Source: Bugula neritina
Taxonomy: Eukaryota > Animalia > Bryozoa
NCBI GenBank assembly: GCA_964035545.1
Contig: OZ037769.1
Span: 15,592,633-15,656,632 of the forward strand
Direction of reading: 5' to 3'
Length of the DNA: 64,000 nucleotides
Positions 1 to 13,300 of the stretch are shown here, piece after piece. How positions within the stretch are numbered: position 1 is the stretch's first letter; each line of letters opens with the position of its first letter. Below the pieces are notes generated by a model that was not told where the DNA came from, ran no database searches, and saw only the letters and a list, made by a program, of their open reading frames with translations. Position numbers and translations under genes: made by a program.

Positions 1-126
1 ATGGTGATATGAAATCTAGTTGGGAGAATAGCTAAAGAGGGCTCAGGCCATGTGTTCTAGAAAGAGCAGGTAACTCTGAATCGAAGCTGCTGTCGAAAGA
101 GTAAAGTCAGCGTAATACAAACTCAC

Positions 127-3100
127 TCTGCTGTAGGGCCATGTTGTTGGCATCACCAGTAGCTCTAGCAAAGTTCTCTCCTTGGTACCTTCAACATCAA
201 CAATTCAACGAGTCACAAATAATCATATTTAAACAAATAATTAAGAAAAACTAATTAAAATATTAACTTCAATCTCGTTTAGCGAGTATATAAATGTAAA
301 ACTACATGTAGGAAGCCGCCCTAGTACTAATTACACAGCTAATGACACATTGCGGTAGGGCTGAACCTCCCCCCAAACTAGTATAACAACCTAGCCTTAG
401 GTCTAATTAAATGAAGTGAAAGAGGAACATCAAGGTGGAGCTACAGCTAGTAAATTAATTACATAGGTTGGGTGGGCAGCAATTAGTAACATTCTAAATA
501 ATTATAAAAAATACTGAAATTAATTCTGTCATGCAGCAGACAAGCTATGCTACTGTAGTACAGATCTTGACAAATGCAATGCACGCACCTTATCCATAGG
601 CATTTCTAATGATATTGATAATTTGCCGGAGAAAGACTACCTTTCCATTCAACTAAGTGTTAATTTATCTTAGAAGACAACATTAGTTAATTAAATAATC
701 AGAATTTAAATATTTAAAATTCAAAAAGTTCAAACTACAATTTACAGAGGCCATGGCAAGATGAATGTACTAATTATTCATATGACAAATTACTATAAAT
801 ATTACAGATTTGAATAAATTGTCTGACACGTTAGATTATAGAGACAATGTCAAGCGATGAATTGGGAACTGCCAGGAAAATGGCTGCATTTACTTAATTA
901 TTTTTTAAATAATTAATATTTTTAGTTTACGTTGAAGAAATAAAAAAGACGCTAATGTAGTTACATGAACCAGGTTGGAGAGATACTGCTGTATGAAATA
1001 GAAACCCTCTAGCCAACGCCAGCTGAAAACTTTGCTATTTTTATCAAATTGATAGGAGATTGCAGCACAACATAATACCGCCAGATTATCAAAACCTCAT
1101 TGCAAGGAAATCATAAATGCATTAGTAATAATCATAAAATCATAGGACATCAATTAGCAGACATATATATTGTGTTACTACATAGAATGCATGTATGAAT
1201 CTATTACCTCTACTCCCACTACCACTGCTTACTGTCATGACAAGAAGTATAGCATTCGCAAGGCACACTTATTACTCCTTTGAAGATAGCTAATAGGTGT
1301 CATTCTATATACCTCCACCAACTTAAACCCTAATTTATTCTGGTTAAGTTGAATATCATTGACATTGTTTGCTGCCCTTAGTTAAGGCAGCGCTCAGTGT
1401 CGCGTGCAGGTGCTAATTAACCCAATTCAGTCGACACTTATCAGTTACAAGTTGAGGTGATAAAGATAAAAGAGAGAGGGTAGCCCTGCTAGACCACCAT
1501 GCACTCTCCCTCAGTATACTGTTCCTACTTCATACAAAAGAAAACAAAAGTGTGCCTACAGTATTTCCACAGCCATGGAAGAGATACACTTGGCCCGGTT
1601 TCCACTGGCAGCTGCATTAACACAACATGTAAAACTAAACGGAGAAATCCTGTTCAGATCATATTAAATTATTATTGTTTTTTATTTACCTAAAATATAT
1701 CTAGGTAAAAGATACACCCAGGTAAAATATTCAGTCTTAGCCAGGCACACAAACATTGCTTAGTCATTATTGTCCCTCCCTATTTATCTGTTCAATAAAA
1801 GTGACAAGAATATTTCTACCTCAACTTTCACCTCAACGTGGCCACTGTATTACATAACAATATTTTAATTACAGATTAATTGGTCTATTAATAACATTGC
1901 AGTATTATTTGTGCTTTAACTGGCCACACATTAAAAGCAAATTAGACACTGAAAGAGCTGAGGTGAATATTGATGCTGTAACCAGCTCTTGATGGGGTTT
2001 GGCCACAATTTGGTATTCTAGGTGGACCCTTCCAGTCATATTTCAACAAATAATAGACAACAACAAACATGAACAATAGCCTAAGAGCTTACGATGTGCT
2101 CGGATCTTTGTTGGTGCCCTGCAGGGGGTTCCCTCTCATCGCACGCGTCTTAGGATCGTAGTAGGCAGAGTTGACATCCAAATTAAACAAATACTGTAAA
2201 GAAAAACAGGCTAAATAAAACAGCAGAATATACAGTGCTTACTGTACATTAAAAAAGTATATAATATTTATTGTATATTAGAAACAGTATATAATATAAT
2301 ATATATCACAATAAAATGTTTATCTAAAAACTAAACGTGTTTATTTCAGCATAGCTTTTCGCCTGAAACTTTAACACCAAAATATATTCATTTTAAAACC
2401 CAACGAAACCTGATACTACTGTTTGTAAATTGAAAAACACTAAACATAGAATGAAACATCCCCACTTTTGAAAATAGGTGCTCAAAATGCAACTCATGGT
2501 CTATTTTATGTCCCCAGTTTCAGCACCGTATGTTGTTATACAATATGTACTACACAATACACTAGAAAGTCATGTCTGCATATTTTATTTATTTGGTCCC
2601 TAATTAACATATATTAATCAAAAGCTGATAGTCTATGAAACTACATTCTACAGTTTTCATTATTAACCAACTTTGAAGTCATTTTATTCATTATAGATTT
2701 TCTATTCTCTGTGTAAACGCCAATAGTTGTGCATACAAATAAATTTGAAATTGCAATGTGCAAAAAAAATACAAAACTATTGCAAAAATAAATAAATTTC
2801 TCTGATAAAAAATAATGTATTTACGTTTTAAAAAAGATGACTAACATAAAATCGTGACATCCACAGTGAAATACTCTAACAGCGGCTCTCTCACAGTTCA
2901 GTATTTTTCTTGCATTACTAAAGTAATTGCTATTGAAGCAAAATTACTGAACATTCATTTAAAAGTTGAGAACTGTGGGGCAAGATATACTTGTCAGATT
3001 TTTAATGTGAAATAATTGGAGTAGTTTGGAAAGATGTTTGTTGACAATGCAAAGAATAATATTTATATTCATCGCTGAAGATGTAGCATTAAAAGCGGGT

Positions 3101-6100
3101 CATTCATAAAACAATACTCAATACTCCAGCCACTTGTTAAGGCAATCTCGACAAAAGCTGTTGTGTTGTCACATTTTTTTACTTGACGGAAACATTGACA
3201 TTGTTCCAAAACAAATGCTAAGTAGACAAGGTAGAGAGAGATGTTACCATGCAGTGTACAGAGAGGCTGTGAATGGGGATTGTGTACAAGTTTATGGAAT
3301 GCAATTTACATCCAACATTAACATAACAGAATTTTAAATGAGATAGAAACATATACATGTTACATAATAACTCTCGTTCCCAGCAAATGTTTTGGGCAAC
3401 CAGAAAGACATTAGAGGTGGCAGAAGGGCTATCATTAGACCAGGGACTTGAACACTCAAAGTGATAAAAACATGGAGAAAACACTGACAGCAGGGTATGA
3501 CCCACGCTGCCACTTCATGTGGCCACAAATACCATTCCCAAGCAAGTTTCAGTTTATCTCTCCTGGAGAATCTGCAGTAGAAGTCAATCATCTTCCGGAC
3601 ATTATCATTCTTACTCTATCACAGAACTCATCTAACTGCTTGTTAAACTAACCAGAGGAATTTTTTGCTAATGCGCACACCTGTACACCGAGCTAATTGT
3701 TTCATAATAGGGGGTGACATTTATATTGGCAGCGTTTTCCACATGTCACCAATATTCATAATAAATGACGTAGTTATGCAGTGTCAGCAGCCAATATTAT
3801 CAAACTGTTTGTTTATAAGTGAGTACATAGCCAAGTATCTCCCATACTCCAGCGAGCACCTGCGCCTACCTGCTCATCCTGTCAACCTTCATCAAAATCA
3901 CAGCTCATATCAAAGAAGCTGCATGTCAGTGAAAACTTTACTACGTAAGACAATCGAGTATCTTATACTACTTGAATTATGGGCAAGAATTTTCCTCGAA
4001 TTGCCAAAAATAACCAGTCTATGGAGAGAGTGGGAGATGGGGTTTTAGATACAGAAAACTCGCAGGCATTAGAAATGAAGAAAATGGCAGAAGTGGTAGA
4101 GATTATGTAAAACCAACAATAATTTATTGTATGTATAAGAGTAGCTGATTGGTTAAAACCCGACCAAAAGTAGTTAAGTTGCATCCGAAACTTGTCAGTC
4201 CGACCACTGAAATAACAAATTACATCAATCGTTGGCAATAAAAATATTTGGCTATTTTCCTCAAATCAACATTCATATTAAATCAACCACACACTTTTGT
4301 GTTCATAACCCCAACTTGAGTATAATTTGAATATTTATTATATTCTTTGGTTAAACTGGCCACATGACTTACCAAAAGGCAAATACTGATTATAGGAAAT
4401 TAATTAAGTAAACCAGAAGTGATTAAGAGCTACTGATGACATTACGTAACACCCATCAATTAGTGGTGTAGTCATGCTTGTGTGTATTACATCCAGCAAT
4501 TAGCATTTCCCCCAAACTCTCTCATCTGTGGTGACTAACATACACCAGTCTCTACCTTGTGGTAGACTCTCCCTGTTCCTTTCTCTCTCCTTCCTTCTGT
4601 GGAGAACAGGAAGAGAAGATGGGAGAGCAGGAAGATGGGGAGGGGCTAGACTGCAGCATAGATCCACAAATTCTTTGAACATGTATGTGGCGTAGATTTC
4701 AAGCAACGGGTACTCCATATCTAGGTCCACAGGACTATCACAAATATTATTTTGTTAAAGTCTGAGTGCAATGCTGAAGAGCTTAAACACATATTTGATG
4801 AAGTTCCAAAATTAAATTCCTGAGAGAGGAATGAAAATCACATTAACCCCGCTAGGGTTACACAAACTCAAAATAAGCTAAAACTGCTACGTAAACACCG
4901 AGGGCTGAGCTGAGAGTTTCGATGAACAAAACTTCCACATAGATTTTGTTCCCATGGCAACCGGTGAGAAAGAATAGCAGTTTCTAAAGACTTGTATATG
5001 GTATAGACTAGTTGCAAATGATGCAAATAATAGTTTATCTCTATAACTCATTCCGGTGATCAAAAATGAAAACACACTATTTCAAATCATGTATATAAGT
5101 TAATATATAATTCTTTTAATGAAGGATAAAGCTGCTAAGGGCCTTTAAACTTGATGTCTTATTTATTTATGGTGTCAGTGGCTTGCAGTGGTCAAAGGTT
5201 ATGAGAAGCTAAAAGGCTAGTAATATCTCAGCTGTTTCTGGACCCGTAACTGAACAATTTCTTTCGGATCAAATAATTTTGAGACTAAATTTAAATAGCG
5301 TGCATGTAAGACAACCACATCATAATAAAGTCATATTTTAATCATTTTCAAGCAACATTCAAGTCATATTCAAGTAAATTTTACAAAAAGAGAAAAAACT
5401 AGCAATGACAATCACATATAACTGTTCATAGATTCACTGCATGGTAATTTAGTCAATGTTTTGGAGTTGCTGCATCATGCACGAATTATACAATAAGTAT
5501 GACAACTCCAGTTTGTTCAACAAGACTATACTGTAGTGCACTGAATGGGTGTTAATCAGATTAGATTTAGCAGAATGGAGAGCTGTTTATGGTAAACGGT
5601 GAAGTGTTAAAGAATATTGGCAAAGAAATGCCAAAGTCTGTTTGAAAATAGAAATTTGTGTGTACAAGTTTAATTGACTGCTTTAAAGGCGGCAAACTTA
5701 CAAGTATAATTGACAAATTAAATTTTCCGAAAAAATACTTTTTCAAATTTGCTGACTCAATAAGTGGGTAAAACCCCCTAATTGCATACCTTTGCCGTAT
5801 CTTCACGAATCCTCAGATTTCTCACAGTGATTCGCTGCTTTGTCTCAAACTTCTGACCGGGCATGTCCACGTCGTCAGCGTATTTCAGTTCGTCTTCATC
5901 GTCGCTGTCCCTCGCCTTCATCTCCGAAGTCTCCCCAGACTCTATCATCTGATCCAGTTTTGTTGTCTTCAGTTGCCGTTTCGCTTCTTCAAGTTTCTCG
6001 TGCTCTTCTTGTTTTTCTTCATTGTAAGTGTCTAAATAGTAATAAGTGACAGTGTAACATAGTGTGTGACAGCGTAACATAGTGTGTGACAGCATAACGT

Positions 6101-7806
6101 AGTGTGTGACAGCTAATGACAGTGCGTGACAGTGCAACAAGGTGTCCCACAATGTAGTGTGACAGTGTGTGACAGCCTCACAGAGTGACATGGTTTTCTA
6201 GTCACAATGAAGATTGGTTTGTATGGTTTGTAGATAACAATCATAATTCAACACAACAGTTAGTGAAGAACTGATCAATTGAAAAAATCCGTATAATTAA
6301 TTATAATTATTTACAATCTCATTAAAGTTTCGGAAGATTTCAAAAAACAATATGCAGCCTTTGCAGACCTAACATTGGTGATTACAAGAACACCATTACA
6401 ATATATCCGCTAAAAGACATTTGATATTACATATTATTGCCACTCAGTCCTGAAAGAAGTAAAAGAAGACGGAATCTAGCCCAAAAGCAAGACACACCTA
6501 CCCGTGTCATACGACTTCCACTCGTCCCGTTTCCCTTCATAATCAAAGCCGATGGTTTCTGGTATATGCTCGTCTGGCCTTATGTCTGCTCCGGAATATT
6601 TTGCTAGCACCTTACGTGGCCTCTATAACATGATGAGTAGGTTTAATAGCCTAAGATGGCCTCTCTGAAACCATCTAAAGCTGTGACCATGGTAACAGTT
6701 TACAGAAGTTTGAATAGTTTGAAAGAGTTGTTTAATTTTGGCAATTGAATGAGAGGAAAACAACTATATCATCAAGGGATTCCATGCTTAAAAGGTTTAG
6801 ACTTTAGACTTTAGCAGAAAGTAAAGCGAGACAGATGGAAATGCTATTCATACTGATTTAAAGAATAGGAAACTCTGAGGTTTCTTGTACCAATGGTGTG
6901 AAGGATTTAGTATTGAGTCTACAATACACACGACAGGGCTAAACTACAATATACTACACTATACGGTATACAAATACATACACTACACAACACAGAACTA
7001 CACTACACAACACAGAACTACATTACACACGTCTCACTATGATAAACAATAATGTGCGAAAGATGTAAACCACCCCAAGATGATCAACAACTATGTATCA
7101 CTTACTGTTTTCAAATACTCATATTTTCAACTAATAGCTTGAAACACAATTACCAGTAAATGCAATATCTAACAATATATCTATTCTGACAACACAAGAG
7201 CACATAACTCTGACAGCATTGTGTACACGAGCACATAACTCTGATAACACTGTGTACAGGAGCACATAACTCTGAGAACACTGTGTACAGGAGCACATAA
7301 CTCTGATAACACTGTGTACACGAGCACATAACTCTGAGAACACTGCGTACAGGAGCACATAGCTCTGAGAACACTGCATGCAGGAGCACATAACTCACCT
7401 CTAAGCAGTCTTTCTTTTTGTGAGTCATGGCTCCACAGTTGTCACACGCCCCTTTCCTATACTTGGTGGCAACAGGCCCCTCCTTTATGCCCTTCTTCTG
7501 CCACTTTTCCAGACTCGCAAATATCTTTTTCTTCTCATCGTGTATTCTTTGATGTTTGAGGGTAGGAACCTTGGACTGGATGTACCAGGGTGCCTGCATT
7601 ATGTACTGTGGTATGTGGGGGTTAATGTCCTTCCCTGACTCATCCTGCATGGCTGGCACTGTGCCAGCTTTCCGAGCCTCTTCCAGTTCCTTCTGCTTCT
7701 TGTAGTCCTCACGAGACTTCTTGGCGGGCTCATCTCCATCCGCCTCAGCCCTTTCCTTAGCCTCCTTGGCTATCATCGATGGCGGCTGATTTAGAATGAA
7801 CGACAT
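127..7806 (-). CDS. SLU7: Pre-mRNA splicing factor SLU7, 5' part; coding exons 7806-7399, 6622-6502, 6031-5790, 2193-2093, 188-127; continues beyond window start
   Basis: Spliced translation gives SLU7 signatures: [16 protein letters not shown], zinc knuckle [95 protein letters not shown]. All junctions are GT-AG with compatible phases. Confidence 0.96.
6046..6190. repeat. Intronic minisatellite, ~20-bp unit (GTGACAGYRTAACATAGTGT)
   Basis: Visible tandem array just outside the SLU7 exon 3 acceptor; explains the spurious N-terminus of ORF 5778..6191. Confidence 0.8.
6941..7030. repeat. Low-complexity tandem repeat (ACTACAC/ACAACACAGA)
   Basis: Repeated CACTACACAACACAGAACTA units. Confidence 0.6.
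7197..7396. repeat. Minisatellite, 31-bp unit (GAGCACATAACTCTGAGAACACTGTGTACAG), ~6.5 copies
   Basis: Tandem copies begin directly at the SLU7 first coding-exon donor site. Confidence 0.9.
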
Positions 7807-10180
7807 TGTGACTTCTGTTTCTGTTTACCCTGTGATTAAAAAAAGATAGATAAATTAAGAAAAATAAACTATCTTCCATCACTGGCCTACTGACCTACAA
7901 AGTAAATGTATTGGTATTATGAGAAAACAGTACACAGCCGATATAATCACAATAATAATGAATATTTGAGCAATTTAGGCTGCTTGAAAATAAAAAGGTT
8001 GAGCAGCTAAAGTGAATGGTTTGAGCAAATTAACTGTTGTAATAACATTTTGGGTACTCAACTAAACTTAGTTACATGTTTTGACCTAGCTGTAATTATT
8101 ACTAATAATAATAGTGATAGTAATTAGTAATATGTCAACTTTAACATAACGAGACCTAGTACTACTAGACTACTACTACTAGTAACTCATTTACTCATAG
8201 ATAATCAGAGTTAATAAATATTTATATAATATACAAAATGAAATGTTTTATTATATTTATTTTTAATGTAATTATAATATAAAATATCTTATTTTATATA
8301 TATTATAGTTTTAGTTTATGCTAAAACTAATAAGCATAATGTCAATGATAAGGGTATAATAAGAGTAAAAGAAATTATATATAATACTATATTAATATTA
8401 TACTTGGCTACACTTACTATTAATATTATTATTAATATTAGTATTCATATCAACCAGACATTCAATTTTATTTGATTATGGTTCTAAGCAGAGTGATGGT
8501 AACTAGTAAAATAAAGATAGTAAAACTAAATCAAAATCAAAAGTAATAAGTAAAATCTAATATTCCAGTTCCACCTGTATTCAATAAGTATAACAATTAT
8601 TATTAACATATATTCACAAAACACTATTTTTATTAATCAAATTAGTATTATCGGTATAAAGTGATAAACAAATCATATACACACTTATTGTATTTGCAAG
8701 CATCCGTAAGTATCTTCTTTAGTTAGAGCTTTAAGAAGTAAAAAAATAATTATTACTACTACTACTAGTAACTAATAAGCAACCGTACAAATTCGGAAAG
8801 GGAAATCTAAATAATGCATTGTGTTTCTCTTTTGTGAACATTCGAATAAATTGCTTTGAATGTCTTGCGGAATTATAGATTTCTCCGAATTAAAAGTAAA
8901 GAGAGGGTAACTCTAGCTTTTATAAAACATTTTAAAACTTAGCTTAGCTCTGAAAAGAGTCCTTACTCCACTGAAGGTTTTGTCGTAAGCAAGAAACGAG
9001 TGCAGACAACGCTAACAAGAAATTCAACATTGCTTTCTTTATTGAGAATGCCTGAACTTTTATTCCTGTTTTCCAAGGAAATTACAGTTACACAAAGTGC
9101 CATATTCTTTTTTAGCGAAAGTCAACTTTTAAGCTGAGGTTTCACAGTATGCATTGTCTAGATACATATTTAAATGACAATGGTTTCTTCCTATATACCA
9201 TCTCTAGATTGTAACAGGCTTATCAGTCAAAAAATTTGAGTTTGTAACTTTTTTATTTTCAACTCTTCAATGAGAAGTTTTGTGTGCTATCTTAATGCAT
9301 ACTCAGAATCTTTTTTTAGGACAAACTAAAAGTCAAAAGCAAATGACTGCTAGAAGTTAATTCAAAGTGAATTTTTAATAATCTAATTTTCAGGAGCAGG
9401 CATTGCTATCAGCTTTCACACTAGCCTGCCCATGACTTGAAGACAACATTAGAGATCTTAGTCTATGACAAATAACTAGTTAACTCATCACCTACTTGTT
9501 GAAGGTCATAATAATAACAACTCCACACACTTGAATTGAAAGGCACATGTTTTCAATAACTGCTGTTCAAATATATATGTAGAATATATTATAATTATAA
9601 TGAAACTTACAGTATATTACCAATGAGTAACACATTGTATAATCATATGGGATTAATCAACTAGTAGGGCTTATTTAACACACAACAGCCTTCTCTGGTA
9701 ATGCAATAAAATATTTAAAAAAATTGACAGTTAATCATAAAAAAGCTGCAGGGTAAAGGCAACATAATTTATGTCATACTGTAGGCCTATTGACAATGGT
9801 GATGAAAGCATACAGATGTGATCTTTCTGTAGGCCTATTCTATATTACTGCTTTATATATTTGTGATAATGGTAGAAAATGGAAATAGTCATTTTACACT
9901 CTGATTACTATGGCCTGCCAAATACACTATGTAATAATAATAATGGTGTGGTATATAGATTATATTATAGATGACAATAATGAGTGTTATCATGATAGCT
10001 TTATGTCTAGCACAATACAACATGATTCATAGGTCAGGGTCACTGATAAGAAGCATTCCTTGTTTACTAGTTTACATTCTGATGACTAGTAAGTTTCCAG
10101 GAAGCATTTAGTCAAGTCTAGTATTTGTTTAGAGTAGCACTTAGTTTGTTAAATGGTAACAGTACTGAGGAATATTATTA

Positions 10181-10305
10181 GAATATATAGACCAGCTTCG
10201 CTGCCCTTTGTATTGGAATATATGGCAGGATATAGACTGGTTTCGCTGCTCTTTGTATTGGAATATATGGCAGGGTATAGACTGATTTTGCTGTCCTTTG
10301 TTCTA
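10181..10305 (+). repeat. ~45-bp tandem repeat overlapping the start codon and signal peptide of receptor 1
   Basis: GAATATATGGCAGGRTATAGACTGRTTTYGCTG..CTTTGT occurs twice in full plus one degenerate upstream copy. Confidence 0.75.
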
Positions 10306-13300
10306 TTTGTTCAGTCAATAGATGGACTGCCAGGTATGTAGTGTTTTCTATTATATAATAGTTGCGCAATAATAACTACTCTATCTCATTATAGTTAGTA
10401 CTTTAAAATATTAGCAGAATAATTAAGAACTGGGCAGACAACTACCAACAGTATCAAGGCTCATCTCTAATACTTATCATTGAAATAGGTACAAGTTCGG
10501 AAAAATTTCAATAACCCAAGTTGTTCAATTTTTTATGAATTCGAGGTGTGAATTAAATTTTTTGGCTAAAAAGCAAATTTCTTTGCTGTATTTTTTTAAT
10601 CTAGACCACAGGCTCTTCTTGATTTCTCTGTTACTGCTCATACTAATGGCATTATATTCTTACTTCTATCCATATGCACTCCTTCTTGGAGTTGATGTCA
10701 TATAGCATATGCAGCTCACTGAGCAGTGCTGCTACTCATAGTGCTATAGAAAACTTATATTATCTAAGTCACATGTCTTTCATACATTTCAATCTCTCTT
10801 TTTTGTTAAGCAAATTATGTCTTCACTTTTAGGGAACACCACTTTCTGTGAAACTCTGCCTAAAAACACAGTGTCGCTGCAATACAGTGGCAGCTCTCAG
10901 TCAGGAGTTATCTATAGCCCGAGATACTTAGTCAACTACAGGTCTGCCAACTTTAGCCGAGGATGTTACGTAGAACTCAGTTCTATACCTAAAAGATCTT
11001 ACGTCACCTTAAAGGTGAACTATAATGGGACACTTTCTTCCCCTGGTTGCTCACACAGATCTCTTTTCTATCTAAATCAGGATCCCTCTTATCAACTCGA
11101 CACCAATCTATGTACGAATAAGGACAATATGAGTGAAATTCACTCAGAAGGAATATTTATGGGAGCTAGTCTGAAACTGTTTGCCTTTGGATCAGATGCA
11201 CAGTTTACAATTCATTATACAAGTTAGTTCTGGTTTAAAGCCATAAAAAGCTGAAATAGTTAGAAGTTGAAGTAGCTAATAGTCAAATTGTAGTTATGCA
11301 ACTATAGTGAAGTTTGTAGTTAAAGTAGTTTGTAGTTAAAGTAGTTTGTAGTTGAAATATTTTGTAGTTAAAGTAGTTCGCATAGTTAAAGTAGCCTGTA
11401 TGGTTACAGTAGCTTGTATGGTTAAAGTAGTTTGTATAGTTACAGTAGTTTGTATAGTTAAAGTAGTTCGTATAGTTACAGTAGTTCGTATAGTTAAAGT
11501 AGTTTGTATAGTTACAGTAGTTTGTATAGTTAAAGTAGCTCGTATAGTTACAGTAGTTTGTATAGTTAAAGTAGTTTGTATAGTTACAGTAGTTTGTAGT
11601 TAAAGTAGCTAGTAGTTTGTAGTTAGAATAGTTAGCGTATGATTATGCCAACTAGGACATGCCAACTAGTTGGATAGTACAGATCAAGAGAGTGAAAACA
11701 TTTCATGCATCAACAATTGGCTATTTATCTGAAAGCTTTTCATAGCTTTTTTAAACCTTGTATAGCTGCATTGCTATAATGCAATAATATTATACTACAG
11801 CTAGTAATCTGATGAAGGAAAGGAATTTGTTTCTTATTCTTTGAAATAATGTTGTGATTTGCTACAAAATTGAGGCAACCAAAGCAATGAAGTGTCTTTC
11901 CTCTTGGATAGGTTCAAGTCAGTTGGAACTATAACATGACACATTCAACACAACTCAAATGTTTGATTGCAAATCATTGAGTGGTAATTGGTTTAACATA
12001 TTGCAGCTTTTTATGTAACCATTGAGTTGATTCTGTGAGTGTACAAGCTTATCTTATAACATTATTATTTGAAGAACAGTGTTATATGGTATTTGATAAG
12101 CTTGTTTCAGTGCTATTTTCTTCGTATAATTCGAAGTGTAAAAATGAAATTGGTTGATATATACGTATATTTGAAACATTTTAAAATATAATAGAGCTAT
12201 ATTTTGAACATCTATGTGATTGTGTTTTAGTTAGGAGTGTGTTTGTGTTCCCGAAAAAGCGGCCCATAAAGACAATAAACACAACGCAGCACCAGTCTGG
12301 TTACATCGCCAGCAACTGGACTCACTCCCCCAACAACAAATCTACAGATTCTACAATTACCCTTACGGGAATTCCGACTCTTGCAACCGTGACTATTGAA
12401 TTTATCTACTATGAGTTAGAAGATAGACTTAGCTGTCACAATGACACCATGCTAGGTGGCGCTAACAACTTGTGCTCCCTTTCAATAATAACTCACTCTG
12501 GTGGAGACGAATGTCTTAATTTAAACTCAATGCACAAAACCTGGAGTTATCTCATCAGCAATGAGACTCTTAGTTTTTCCTACAAAGCTGATGGTCGGTG
12601 CAAACAGAGCTATAAAGGCTTCCTTTTCAGATATACAGGTGAGCCTTATAACATGATAATAGGTAATTCAAACAGTATAGGCATAATTTTGTCAAAATTT
12701 GTCTTCTTTAGTGCTGCCTAGCTGCCTCGCTCTTATCTAATGGTTTAGATTATTTGGATCATTTGACCAAACATTGGCTAGATTTATTTAAGAAATTTTG
12801 ATAGAGTTTGCATATGTCTGTGATGTAAAAAATATATGTACTGTATCATCACATGTGCTGAGTATATATATAACATATATGCTGCAGTGTGTACATGTGC
12901 TGCAGTATATATATAACATATATGCTGCAGTGTGTACATGTGCTGCAGTATATATATAACATATATGCTGCAGTGTGTACATGTGCTGCAGTATATACAT
13001 GCATCAGCGACTATATATAAATAACTTTTTATTTTTGATTATTTTTCATTTAAACTTCTTATCTGAACTACTAACCATAATGCGATGTTACTTTATATAG
13101 TTATTGGAGTTGAAGAGGATGCAGGTTTGGGATATAGCAGCACACCTCTGGCTAACACTGCAGATCTATACACTTACTGGAGCACGCAGGATGCACCATG
13201 GGACAAGGGGGACAACTCAACAAACCTAAGCACTGATCCAGGTAATTAAACCTTCTACCATCTAGCAGCTTATAATGGTGCACTTATATAATGGTGTACT

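Noticed and set aside
10606-10705. Hydrophobic stretch after a possible acceptor in receptor 1 intron 1
   Set aside because: No usable donor before an in-frame stop; exon 1 splices directly to 10833 in phase.
11352-11603. Hydrophobic VVCIVK ORF
   Set aside because: Intronic 18-bp minisatellite.
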